Source: a virus | Lineage: Duplodnaviria > Caudoviricetes | Length of the DNA: 64,000 bases | Virus record (IMG/VR): IMGVR_UViG_2551306637_000004 | Location: 14,592 to 78,591 of that record | Strand: one strand, 5' to 3' | In this document: in pieces, positions 56,479-64,000 of the stretch | Position numbering within the stretch: the first letter of the stretch is position 1 | How the letters are laid out: every line of letters starts with the position of its first letter | Program-made: the position numbers and the translations under genes | The notes under the pieces: generated by a model | Database searches by the model: none | What the model saw: the letters and a program-made list of their open reading frames with translations, nothing else | What the model was told of the DNA's origin: nothing

Positions 56479-56826
56479 ATGGAGTCCATCAAAACGCTAC
56501 TTGATCAAAACTTCACCCCCGAGCTTATCGCCACGTTCCTTGACACCACCCTGGAACGTGTCGTCGAAGAGATGAACAAAATGGAACTCTTCGGCTGGGG
56601 AAACCCTGGAAATTACGCCTTCATCATTGCGCGCAAGTACCCTGCAGAACGCCGCTGGAATGAAAGGTTTGAACGGATTCTGGCAAGCGCACGTGAGAAG
56701 CACGACAAAGGGCTGATCACGATGGTTCAGGTTCGAGATGACGACATGATCATCCAATACGCGATGCCTGTCGAACGTCCTGTTCCGCGCCGACTCTGGT
56801 TTACCGCACCACCCGAGACTTACTAA
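56479..56826 (+). CDS. Hypothetical protein
   Basis: GAGGA RBS. Confidence 0.7.
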   Translation: MESIKTLLDQNFTPELIATFLDTTLERVVEEMNKMELFGWGNPGNYAFIIARKYPAERRWNERFERILASAREKHDKGLITMVQVRDDDMIIQYAMPVERPVPRRLWFTAPPETY

Positions 56827-56827
56827 A

Positions 56828-57406
56828 ATGAACTTCGAACAATACAAACCTCTGGCCCTTCGCACCGAGAAGCCCCTGGCAACTTCTCTGCTGCGCCTGC
56901 AACACGCATCGCTCGGTCTCACGACCGAACACGGTGAGTTCACGACCGAAGTCAAACGCCTTTGGGCGTACCAGAAGCCGCTCACGCAGGAGATGCGCGA
57001 ACACATCTTCGAAGAGCTGGGTGACATCCTCTGGTACGTGGCCATCGGTGCCGACGCCCTCGACTTCGAGATTCCCGAATACCAGCATCTCTTCGACTTC
57101 GACCTCAGCGCGCTACCGCTCGCGGAACAGCTCCAGATCGTCGCGAATCGCATCTCGGTCGAGATCGGCTTCTTCACGTACGAAGTGCCGCTGCATCAAG
57201 ACGCGCGCGCCCGCACGGGTGCGATGCGCAGCCTCGTGAACATCCTCAGCGGCGTGGCCCATGCTTGCGATGCGCTCGATATGCCTCTCGAAGAAGTCAT
57301 GTCCGCGAACATCGCGAAGCTGAAGCAGCGCTTCCCGGATGCCTACACGAATGCCGCCGCTGAAGCGCGCGCGGACAAGGGCGGTCTGGACGCTCGCAAC
57401 TCGTAA
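56828..57406 (+). CDS. mazG: MazG-like nucleotide pyrophosphohydrolase
   Basis: EHGEFTTEVKR...EELGDILWY...NIAKLKQRFP. Confidence 0.85.
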   Translation: MNFEQYKPLALRTEKPLATSLLRLQHASLGLTTEHGEFTTEVKRLWAYQKPLTQEMREHIFEELGDILWYVAIGADALDFEIPEYQHLFDFDLSALPLAEQLQIVANRISVEIGFFTYEVPLHQDARARTGAMRSLVNILSGVAHACDALDMPLEEVMSANIAKLKQRFPDAYTNAAAEARADKGGLDARNS

Positions 57407-57453
57407 ACCACCACACGTAGGAAGGGCCGACCACCACCGGCCCTGAAGACAAG

Positions 57454-58371
57454 ATGAAACCTATCATTCTGGCCAAGGTGATCGAAGACTCGATCGCCTC
57501 GAACGGCGTGCGCCTCACGACCGTTGAAGTGCGGTATCCGCGCATCATCCATAGCGAGCTGATGACGCACCGCAAGTTCTCCCGCAACGCGGGCAGCTCC
57601 CGCGCTATCCCTATCCATCGCATGTTGCGCCAAGTCTGGTCGCGGCCGGCGTGCCCCGCGGAGTGGGGCACCAACCAGCCGGGTATGCAGGCAGGAGCGG
57701 AGCTTCAAGGTTGGCGTCTGTGGGCCGCGAAGGCCATGTGGCGCAGCGCTGCGCGCTTCGCCGCGCTGCATAGCTGGCTGCTCATGAAGCTCGGCGCGCA
57801 CAAGCAAATCGCCAACCGCGTCACCGAGCCGTACCAGTACATCAACGTCCTGCTTTCCTCGACCGACTGGGGCAACTTCGACGAGCTGCGCTGCCATCCG
57901 GACGCCGACCCGACGATGCAGATCCTGGCCGTCGAGATCATGACCGCGATCGAGGTCAGCGTGCCCCGCCGGTTGCGCATCGCCGAATGGCACTTGCCGT
58001 ACGTCATCCAGTCCGAGCGCGAAGCGCTGCCGATCGAAGAGCAGATCAAGCTTTCCGTCGCGCGCTGCGCGCGGATCTCCTACGACCCGTTCGACGGCGA
58101 CGCGAGCCACGCGAAGGAGTTCGAGCGCTACGCGAAGCTGGTCGGCGCGCGCCCGATCCACGCATCTCCGACCGAGCACCAAGCGACGCCGGCTTTCTCG
58201 TCGACGCAGAAGGGCGGCAACTTCGACGGTTGGCTTCAGCACCGCCAGGACGTCGAGAAGGCCCGCGCGATGGATGGTGAAGTCCCGGTCATCCTGCGCC
58301 GGCAATGGACCAACGACGAGGTCCGATTGCATCGCGCTCTGGTCGCGCAGCGCGGGGAGGTCGAGGCATGA
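57454..58371 (+). CDS. thyX: Flavin-dependent thymidylate synthase
   Basis: ELMTHRKFSRNAGSSRAI, HKQIANR, HASPTEH. Confidence 0.88.
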   Translation: MKPIILAKVIEDSIASNGVRLTTVEVRYPRIIHSELMTHRKFSRNAGSSRAIPIHRMLRQVWSRPACPAEWGTNQPGMQAGAELQGWRLWAAKAMWRSAARFAALHSWLLMKLGAHKQIANRVTEPYQYINVLLSSTDWGNFDELRCHPDADPTMQILAVEIMTAIEVSVPRRLRIAEWHLPYVIQSEREALPIEEQIKLSVARCARISYDPFDGDASHAKEFERYAKLVGARPIHASPTEHQATPAFSSTQKGGNFDGWLQHRQDVEKARAMDGEVPVILRRQWTNDEVRLHRALVAQRGEVEA

Positions 58372-58658
58372 TGGCCGATTCCCCTGCGCAAGCTGCACAA
58401 GCCCCGCAAGTGCCGCGCAAGCACTCCCACTACCACAAGGCTTGCCCATACCCGAGCATCGACGTCTACCGCGTGCTGGAACTGTTCAGGGTGACCGACC
58501 CGTGTATCCAGCATGCAGTCAAGAAGCTGCTGGTTGCCGGTGGCCGTGGCCAGAAGGACGTCATCAAGGACATCCAGGAGTCGATCGACACCTTGACCCG
58601 CTGGCAGGAGATGCGGGCAGAGGAGAGCACCAGATCGGTCACCGTGGGGACGCCCTGA
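58368..58658 (+). CDS. DUF3310-like protein
   Basis: HY...IDVY...HAVKKLLVAGGRGQKD...DIQES. Confidence 0.65.
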   Translation: MMADSPAQAAQAPQVPRKHSHYHKACPYPSIDVYRVLELFRVTDPCIQHAVKKLLVAGGRGQKDVIKDIQESIDTLTRWQEMRAEESTRSVTVGTP

Positions 58659-58879
58659 TGACGCTCAATAAAGACTACGTAAGCGCCCCGGTCTCCGAGT
58701 GGGTCTACGCCAAGCCCGAACACGGTGGCAAGAAGTGCCTGCTGCTGACGATCGGTGGCATTGCTATCACAGGGGTGTGGCACGGCGAAGTTGGGCAGTA
58801 TTACCTCGCGTGGGCCGCACTGCCGAAGCGCGACAAGCAACTGGAGCGTCGCGTGCTCGCGCGAATTACGCACGGCTAG
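58658..58879 (+). CDS. Hypothetical protein
   Basis: Start MTLNKDY overlaps the previous stop. Confidence 0.65.
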   Translation: MTLNKDYVSAPVSEWVYAKPEHGGKKCLLLTIGGIAITGVWHGEVGQYYLAWAALPKRDKQLERRVLARITHG

Positions 58880-59274
58880 TTCGTACTCGATTCGGAGGCT
58901 ACCTTGATGCTCGCGTTGAGGAGCCTCCGCAGCGCAATCACTTCAAGCACCATCCGCCTCACATCTGCGCCGCTCACCTGGTCCGGCTTATCCCACCATT
59001 CCCGCAGAAGAGATACGTCCGGCGACGCAAACTCCGGGAGAGGCTGCTCCTTTGGCGGCGGTTTCGAATATCTTGCCGGCACGGACATCCGCGCGCGCTC
59101 GTGCGTGCGGGGCTGCAAATGGCGATCCCTCCGCGTCTCATCTAGACGCCGTGTCCCATCTTTCCCATATCCGTGCCAGTGTTCCGCCTCATAGTCGGTC
59201 ATCCAGAACTGGCAATCAATCACGCCGTAGTACGAGTCAACATACTCCCAGCGGTACTCCCATAGCGGTTCCAC
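58876..59274 (-). CDS. Hypothetical protein divergent from SRAP
   Basis: 132-aa ORF; SOS box 14 bp upstream of the start. Confidence 0.6.
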   Translation of the reverse strand: MEPLWEYRWEYVDSYYGVIDCQFWMTDYEAEHWHGYGKDGTRRLDETRRDRHLQPRTHERARMSVPARYSKPPPKEQPLPEFASPDVSLLREWWDKPDQVSGADVRRMVLEVIALRRLLNASIKVASESSTN

Positions 59275-59287
59275 GATTCACCCCAAA

Positions 59288-59307
59288 TACTGTATGGATA
59301 TACAGTA
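59288..59307. promoter_or_regulatory. LexA (SOS) box
   Basis: TACTGTATGGATATACAGTA = CTGT-N8-ACAG, near consensus. Confidence 0.88.
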
Positions 59308-59355
59308 TTATCCAAGATAAGATGCATTGGTCAAGTCTTGAAATTGGGGAGCGAC

Positions 59356-60012
59356 ATGTGCACGAACTACCGCGCGCCAGGCGAGGACCCAGGGATCAGT
59401 GAGCTGAAGATCGGGATCGGAGACCTGTACAGGCGCGATCCTTGGGACTTCGAGGTGTATCCAGACTACAGCGCCCCGATGGCCTACGCCGCTGAGGACG
59501 GTCTAGATGTCGTTAAAGCCGTGTTCGGCTTCTGGCCGAAGTTCATGCAGCCCGAGCGGCGAGACGAGAACGGCAGGAAGAAGCGGCCTCTGGACACCAT
59601 GAATGCGCGCACAGAGACGGTCGGCACGTCGCGCCTGTACAGCAAGGCATGGCGAGACGGGCAGCGGTGCCTAATTCCCGCACAATGGATCTATGAGCCT
59701 TGCTACGAGACCGGTAAGAACGTGTGGCATCGCATTGGCCTGACGGATTGGCAACCATACTGCGTCGCAGGTATCTGGCGGCGCTATGAGGACGCCGATG
59801 GTCGAACATTGATCGGCATGTCCATGCTCACCGTCAATGCTGACGACCATCCAGTCATGTCCCGTATGCACAAGCCGAACGACGAGAAGCGGTCGGTCGT
59901 GATCCTTCGACCTTCCGATTATGACGAGTGGTTGCACACGAAGAATGTCGAGTCCGCGCGCTCGATGTTGCAGTTGTACCCGGCTGACGAGCTGGCAGAC
60001 GGTCCGAAGTGA
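59356..60012 (+). CDS. SOS response-associated peptidase (SRAP/YedK-HMCES family)
   Basis: MC start (catalytic Cys2), NARTET, RCLIPA..IYEP, HPVMSRMHK..DEKRSVVIL. Confidence 0.92.
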   Translation: MCTNYRAPGEDPGISELKIGIGDLYRRDPWDFEVYPDYSAPMAYAAEDGLDVVKAVFGFWPKFMQPERRDENGRKKRPLDTMNARTETVGTSRLYSKAWRDGQRCLIPAQWIYEPCYETGKNVWHRIGLTDWQPYCVAGIWRRYEDADGRTLIGMSMLTVNADDHPVMSRMHKPNDEKRSVVILRPSDYDEWLHTKNVESARSMLQLYPADELADGPK

Positions 60013-60203
60013 ATCGACCTTACACCAGAACGATGAACAATTTTGTGTGAAGGCTTGCCGATAAGGTTGGAGTGGGGTTTACCACAAAATTCAGCGAGAC
60101 GAGGTGTCGCGCGTGGCGCACACTTGGCGAGACGAACGAAACCCCAGCGGATAGGCATGGTGTTTTGATAGACTAACAGGAAGATGTCGGGGGCGTAATA
60201 CGA

Positions 60204-61106
60204 ATGGAAAAGCAAGGCCGATTTGACTTCGAAATTGAGACGCTTCAAGCGAGTTCGGACGATCGAACGGCACGTATTCGTGCGAAGCCCAGTCCAAGGC
60301 GATACATCGAGGTAGAAATCGATGGTGCTCGGTACTACCGAGATAAATATCTCAACACGCTGATAAGCCTAGAGCAAATGGCTCAGGCAATGGAGGGGTT
60401 GCCGATATATAGCCTTACTCCTTCGATTGATTCAACTCCAACCTATGCCGATAGAAGGATGGCAATCGTTGAGAATCAGCTAAATGGCGGGGAGTACGTG
60501 CCGCCTGAAGAAGTCGCTACACCCCATTCGGACTTTCGGCGCGAGGCGGCGAGTAATATCGCGTTTCTGTCAGTTGATATATGTGGCTCAACTGCGTATC
60601 GCCGCAAAGATGCCCGTGGTTTCGATAGAGCTTATGAGGTATTCATCAGGGAGCTTGGTACTCTTGTGGGTCATTTTCATGGGGCCATCTTAAAAACAAC
60701 TGGAGATGGTTTTATTGCTTATATTGACCACCCATCGTTTACGAGTCAATGCGACAATGCTGTCGATCTCGGATTGTCTTTAATTTCGTTCTCAATACGT
60801 ACACTGAACCCGGCATTGAAGTCGGCCGGTTTGAAGCCGCTATCCATCAGAGTTGGTGCTGACTATGGGGTGGCATCCACTCGTACTATTGAAGTTCCAT
60901 CGACAAATTATCGCAATGTGGAGGTCTCTAGCGACGCGCTAAATAGAGCGGTGAAGATCGAGGAGTCATGCAAGCCAAATCAATTCCGGATTGGCCGCGA
61001 GCTTTACGAACTGGTACATGTACAGTGGCTTGAGCGTGCTGAAGAAGTCCCATTCGATGGAAGTAGTGTTGGGATAGAGGGCTACAAAGTCTATAAAGTT
61101 CGGTAG
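60204..61106 (+). CDS. Class III nucleotide cyclase 1 (PycC-like) with an unassigned N-terminal domain of about 100 aa
   Basis: SVDICGST, KTTGDG, IRVGADYG, LNRAVKIEE. Confidence 0.88.
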   Translation: MEKQGRFDFEIETLQASSDDRTARIRAKPSPRRYIEVEIDGARYYRDKYLNTLISLEQMAQAMEGLPIYSLTPSIDSTPTYADRRMAIVENQLNGGEYVPPEEVATPHSDFRREAASNIAFLSVDICGSTAYRRKDARGFDRAYEVFIRELGTLVGHFHGAILKTTGDGFIAYIDHPSFTSQCDNAVDLGLSLISFSIRTLNPALKSAGLKPLSIRVGADYGVASTRTIEVPSTNYRNVEVSSDALNRAVKIEESCKPNQFRIGRELYELVHVQWLERAEEVPFDGSSVGIEGYKVYKVR

Positions 61107-61191
61107 TGTTTTTCGAGAATGAGTGTATAACTGATGACGGGCTGAGGGGTCGCTCACCTATGTATTGCTGAAAACTTAAGGGGGAAAGAAA

Positions 61192-61950
61192 TTGAACTAC
61201 GATGGTTTGAAGCGGCGGTACTGGGAAGCGAAAGTGCAACGGGTTACTGAACTGCGAGATCGAATTCGCGAGCGCGAAGATGCGCTTGCTGCCGGACGTG
61301 TCGTACCCGATGGGGCTGATTTGGCTTTGGGAAAGGGAAGGCGACTCCCAATGGCGATAATGTTCATAGATATTTGTGGTTTTTCGAGTCGTCCGGCGGA
61401 AACTCACGATGAGCAGCATTTGATGTTGGCTGCGTTGAATTTGTTTTTTACGGAAATGATCCGGATTGCCGAGGACTATGGAGGGACGGTCGAAAAGAAC
61501 ACCGGAGATGGCCTGATGGCCTACTTCGAAGATAACGGCGGAGATCCGCCTGAATGTGGATGCAAGCGTGCCGTTTCATGTGCGCTTACCATGATGGCTG
61601 CACGCGAGCATTTGATTTCGCCGATACTCGATGCAAGCGGGTTTGCGCCTTTCGCATTCAGGGTGTCTATTGATTATGGAAGGGTGACTATTGCCAATCT
61701 GGGGGTTGCAAGGGGGTTTAACTCGTATGCTGCAATTGGCACAACGGCAAACTTTGCTTCCAAAATGCTGAGAAATGCAGGTGAGCAAGAAATCGTTATA
61801 GGGCAATTTGTTCGAGATAAGTTGCCGGTCGATTGGCAGACCCAATACACGCAAGTGCATCCCGAGCCAACAGGTTGGATATATAGGGCAACAGGCTTGC
61901 CTTACCTCCTCTACAAATATACGGGCCGCTGGTCCCGGCTGATGGAGTAG
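61192..61950 (+). CDS. pycC: Class III nucleotide cyclase 2 (PycC-like)
   Basis: GRVVPDGADL leader, FIDICGFS, KNTGDG, FRVSIDYG, ANFASKM; TTG start. Confidence 0.88.
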   Translation: MNYDGLKRRYWEAKVQRVTELRDRIREREDALAAGRVVPDGADLALGKGRRLPMAIMFIDICGFSSRPAETHDEQHLMLAALNLFFTEMIRIAEDYGGTVEKNTGDGLMAYFEDNGGDPPECGCKRAVSCALTMMAAREHLISPILDASGFAPFAFRVSIDYGRVTIANLGVARGFNSYAAIGTTANFASKMLRNAGEQEIVIGQFVRDKLPVDWQTQYTQVHPEPTGWIYRATGLPYLLYKYTGRWSRLME

Positions 61951-61954
61951 CTCT

Positions 61955-62650
61955 ATGAATGATCGGCAAACGCAATCGAAAAGCGCTGAGACGGAAATCT
62001 CGTCCCCACCAGGCATTTCATCGGTGACGATTCTTCCAACACCGCAGCCGGACGTGCCATCCTCAAGTGCAGAAGGAAAGACACAGCCTATAGGCGAAGT
62101 GGCGTCCCCTCCTACTTATAAGTTCGCCCATGAATCGCATGAGTACATGCGTGAATACATCCGAAATGCAGATCAAAAGGCTATCTTCTATTTCTCCATT
62201 TGTTCAACATTGCTCGGATTTGAGCACATCCAGTCTTGGGCTGCGCGATGGACAAAGTGGCCCGCAACATGGTCGATGGTAGATTTTATAAGCTTCGTTG
62301 CTATGGTCGGGCTTGCGCTGGCCGCAGTCTGCTTCCTATTTGCCGTCGTCCCCAGGCTGGGCGGCTCCCCGCGCGGTTTCATATTTTTCAAATCCGTAGC
62401 AAACTATTCAAACGCGGATCAGTACATCTCCGATATTGTGAAGCGCCAAGAATCTGACCTCGCAGCCGAAAAGCTCCGTCACTGCTATGAGCTAGCCAAA
62501 ATCGCTACTTCGAAATACGCAGCGATTGGCGTTGGTCTACGGATTGCGTCAGTCGCAATTTTGTGCTCGCTATTTCTTCTCGTGAGCATTAGTCCAACAC
62601 AGAGCGGCAGTCGGCAGTCGGCGACTGGACAAACGGCTGTTCAGCCTTGA
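61955..62650 (+). CDS. pycTM: Pycsar transmembrane effector (PycTM family)
   Basis: IRNADQKA motif, three hydrophobic segments, LAKIATSKY motif. Confidence 0.85.
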   Translation: MNDRQTQSKSAETEISSPPGISSVTILPTPQPDVPSSSAEGKTQPIGEVASPPTYKFAHESHEYMREYIRNADQKAIFYFSICSTLLGFEHIQSWAARWTKWPATWSMVDFISFVAMVGLALAAVCFLFAVVPRLGGSPRGFIFFKSVANYSNADQYISDIVKRQESDLAAEKLRHCYELAKIATSKYAAIGVGLRIASVAILCSLFLLVSISPTQSGSRQSATGQTAVQP

Positions 62651-62698
62651 CCAGCCCCTCATCTGGCCACCTATATGTTGTGAGGCCTTGGGGTTATG

Positions 62699-62723
62699 AA
62701 AACGCCGGCTGTCGGCCGGCGTT
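62699..62723 (-). terminator. Hairpin/terminator between the converging effector and integrase genes
   Basis: AACGCCGGC/GCCGGCGTT stem with a short T-run on the minus strand. Confidence 0.55.
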
Positions 62724-62728
62724 CGCAA

Positions 62729-64000
62729 TCAGGCTACCTTCCTTCTCAGCGGGATGACATTCGATTCATTCCCGCCCTGTGGCTCCGTCCCATCGCAGCA
62801 GTTACTCACGAAAGCTGCCCACAGCGCCATTGCCGCTCGTCTCTCCGGGATCTCCTCCCGCACGTCGTAAATCCCCTCGACACCCTTTACCTTGTGGTTC
62901 AGTGCGATCTCACTGATTTCGCGCGAGACCCCCATGTTTCGCATGTGACCTTTCGCCGTGCTGCGCGTATCGTGCGGCGTGAAGTACCTCATTTCAAGCT
63001 TGCTGCTTTCAAACGCTCGGGATATGGACGCCCAAAGAGTCTTGACGCCCATGTGAGTGTCGCCGAGCTTGCGCCGCTTGCCAGCCCGCGCTGGCAAGAG
63101 CCATTCAGATTCTCCCGACAGGGTCATCAAGTCCTCGATCCACTTCACGACGATTGGAACGAGAGGCACGAGCGCGCCGAATCCTGCTTTGAGGTTTTGA
63201 GGCGGAATCCACCACGTCCCACGCTTGAGATCGAAGTGTTCCTTCCGGGCCTTGACCAGTTCGCTGGTACGAACGCACGTGGCAAGCAGGACCCGGAACA
63301 TGAGCCCGTTGTCGCTACCGATCTTGTCATCGATGTCAGGCAACAAGATCCTCAGCTCATCCTCCGTAAGCATTAGTCGTTGACGAACTGGCGGCGGCTC
63401 GCCAAGCAATGCTCGCAACTTAATGCCGGCAGTGGGGTTGGTCTGGACGACCCGCTTACCAATCGCATGGTCGAACAGGACCGTAACCGTCCCCAGCACT
63501 CGATTACAGACGTTCCAAGATTTTCCGCTGGTCTCAAGCATGTAGATGATGTCGGCCGACGTGACCTTTCGAGCCTCCAGTGAACCGAGGTTCGGCTTCA
63601 CCATATTCTCGATATCCCAGTTCCGGTTGTAGGTCGAACCTTCGGCGAGACTGACCATCGCCTTTTCCTTGTAGTCGTCACATAGCTGGCGGACGGTCAG
63701 CGCGGAGGCAGTACGGGCTTTCTCTGTCTTCTTGTCAGCGGCAGGGTCCTCGCCCTTGTCGATCTCGACTCGGAACGCGCGAGCAGCTTTCCTGGCGGCT
63801 GCAAGCGACATGTCGGGGTAGTTACCGATCGTCAGCTCGCGGCGGCGGTTGCCGCGGCTATAGCGAAGGACCCAGGTTGCGGTTCCTGAGCCGGATAGGG
63901 TGAAGGTCAGGCCGTCGCCATCGGCCTTAGCAACTGGTTCCCCTTTGGCGATCCAATGGCGGATCTGAACATCGTCGAGGGCGTGGTGGAGGCGCGGCAT
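62729..64000 (-). CDS. int: Tyrosine integrase (P4-like, with Arm-DNA-binding domain)
   Basis: DGDGL...W..RY...GNYP..SLA arm domain; catalytic R (CVRTSE), HDTR, LNH, GIY; start lies at the window edge. Confidence 0.95.
   Translation of the reverse strand: MPRLHHALDDVQIRHWIAKGEPVAKADGDGLTFTLSGSGTATWVLRYSRGNRRRELTIGNYPDMSLAAARKAARAFRVEIDKGEDPAADKKTEKARTASALTVRQLCDDYKEKAMVSLAEGSTYNRNWDIENMVKPNLGSLEARKVTSADIIYMLETSGKSWNVCNRVLGTVTVLFDHAIGKRVVQTNPTAGIKLRALLGEPPPVRQRLMLTEDELRILLPDIDDKIGSDNGLMFRVLLATCVRTSELVKARKEHFDLKRGTWWIPPQNLKAGFGALVPLVPIVVKWIEDLMTLSGESEWLLPARAGKRRKLGDTHMGVKTLWASISRAFESSKLEMRYFTPHDTRSTAKGHMRNMGVSREISEIALNHKVKGVEGIYDVREEIPERRAAMALWAAFVSNCCDGTEPQGGNESNVIPLRRKVA

Larger units (their letters stand above)
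1..64000. mobile_element. Temperate siphovirus-like prophage/phage, extending beyond both window edges
   Basis: Continuous head, tail, replication and early gene modules plus a tyrosine integrase; no host housekeeping genes seen. Confidence 0.95.

Noticed and set aside
10177-57444. CCACCAC as Chi recombination sites (reverse complement GGTGGTGG)
   Set aside because: Not excluded, but start-proximal placement, hairpin-loop display and orientation switching with transcription favour an RNA-level role; the host Chi sequence is unknown
60039-60091. 9-bp inverted repeat AATTTTGTG/CACAAAATT upstream of the cyclases
   Set aside because: Short, AT-rich and widely spaced; not distinguishable from chance
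62651-64000. att site, tRNA or lysis cassette
   Set aside because: None recognisable in the window; probably beyond the edges

Overview
The whole window is one high-GC temperate siphovirus-like (pro)phage; neither end or att site is visible. Left arm (1-20.5 kb, minus strand): virion morphogenesis from GpA-type large terminase through portal, protease/scaffold, capsid, neck, tail tube, G/GT chaperones and a tape measure carrying a lytic transglycosylase domain to lambda-like tail-tip genes (L, split K, I, J). Middle (20.7-44.5 kb, mostly plus strand): primase-helicase, a freestanding HNH-AP2 nuclease, a repeat/IHF-rich non-coding segment and about 50 small early genes. Right (44.5-59 kb): a lytic-style replication/recombination module (SF2 helicase, 5'-3' exonuclease, family A polymerase, ATP ligase, resolvase, SbcCD, MazG, ThyX). 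Right end: an SOS-boxed SRAP gene, an AT-richer cargo operon and a tyrosine integrase. The best candidate for a new system is that cargo operon, a Pycsar-like anti-phage locus with TWO tandem class III nucleotide cyclases plus one PycTM effector. Three non-coding signal families also stand out: transcription-oriented CCACCAC motifs, often in hairpin loops near translation starts; a 15-bp palindrome GGTTCAANTTGAACC at early-gene junctions; and a cos/ori-like repeat cluster at 26.6-27.0 kb. The CTGT-N8-ACAG SOS box points to a Beta/Gammaproteobacterial host (inference). All family assignments come from motif recognition by eye; no database search was run.
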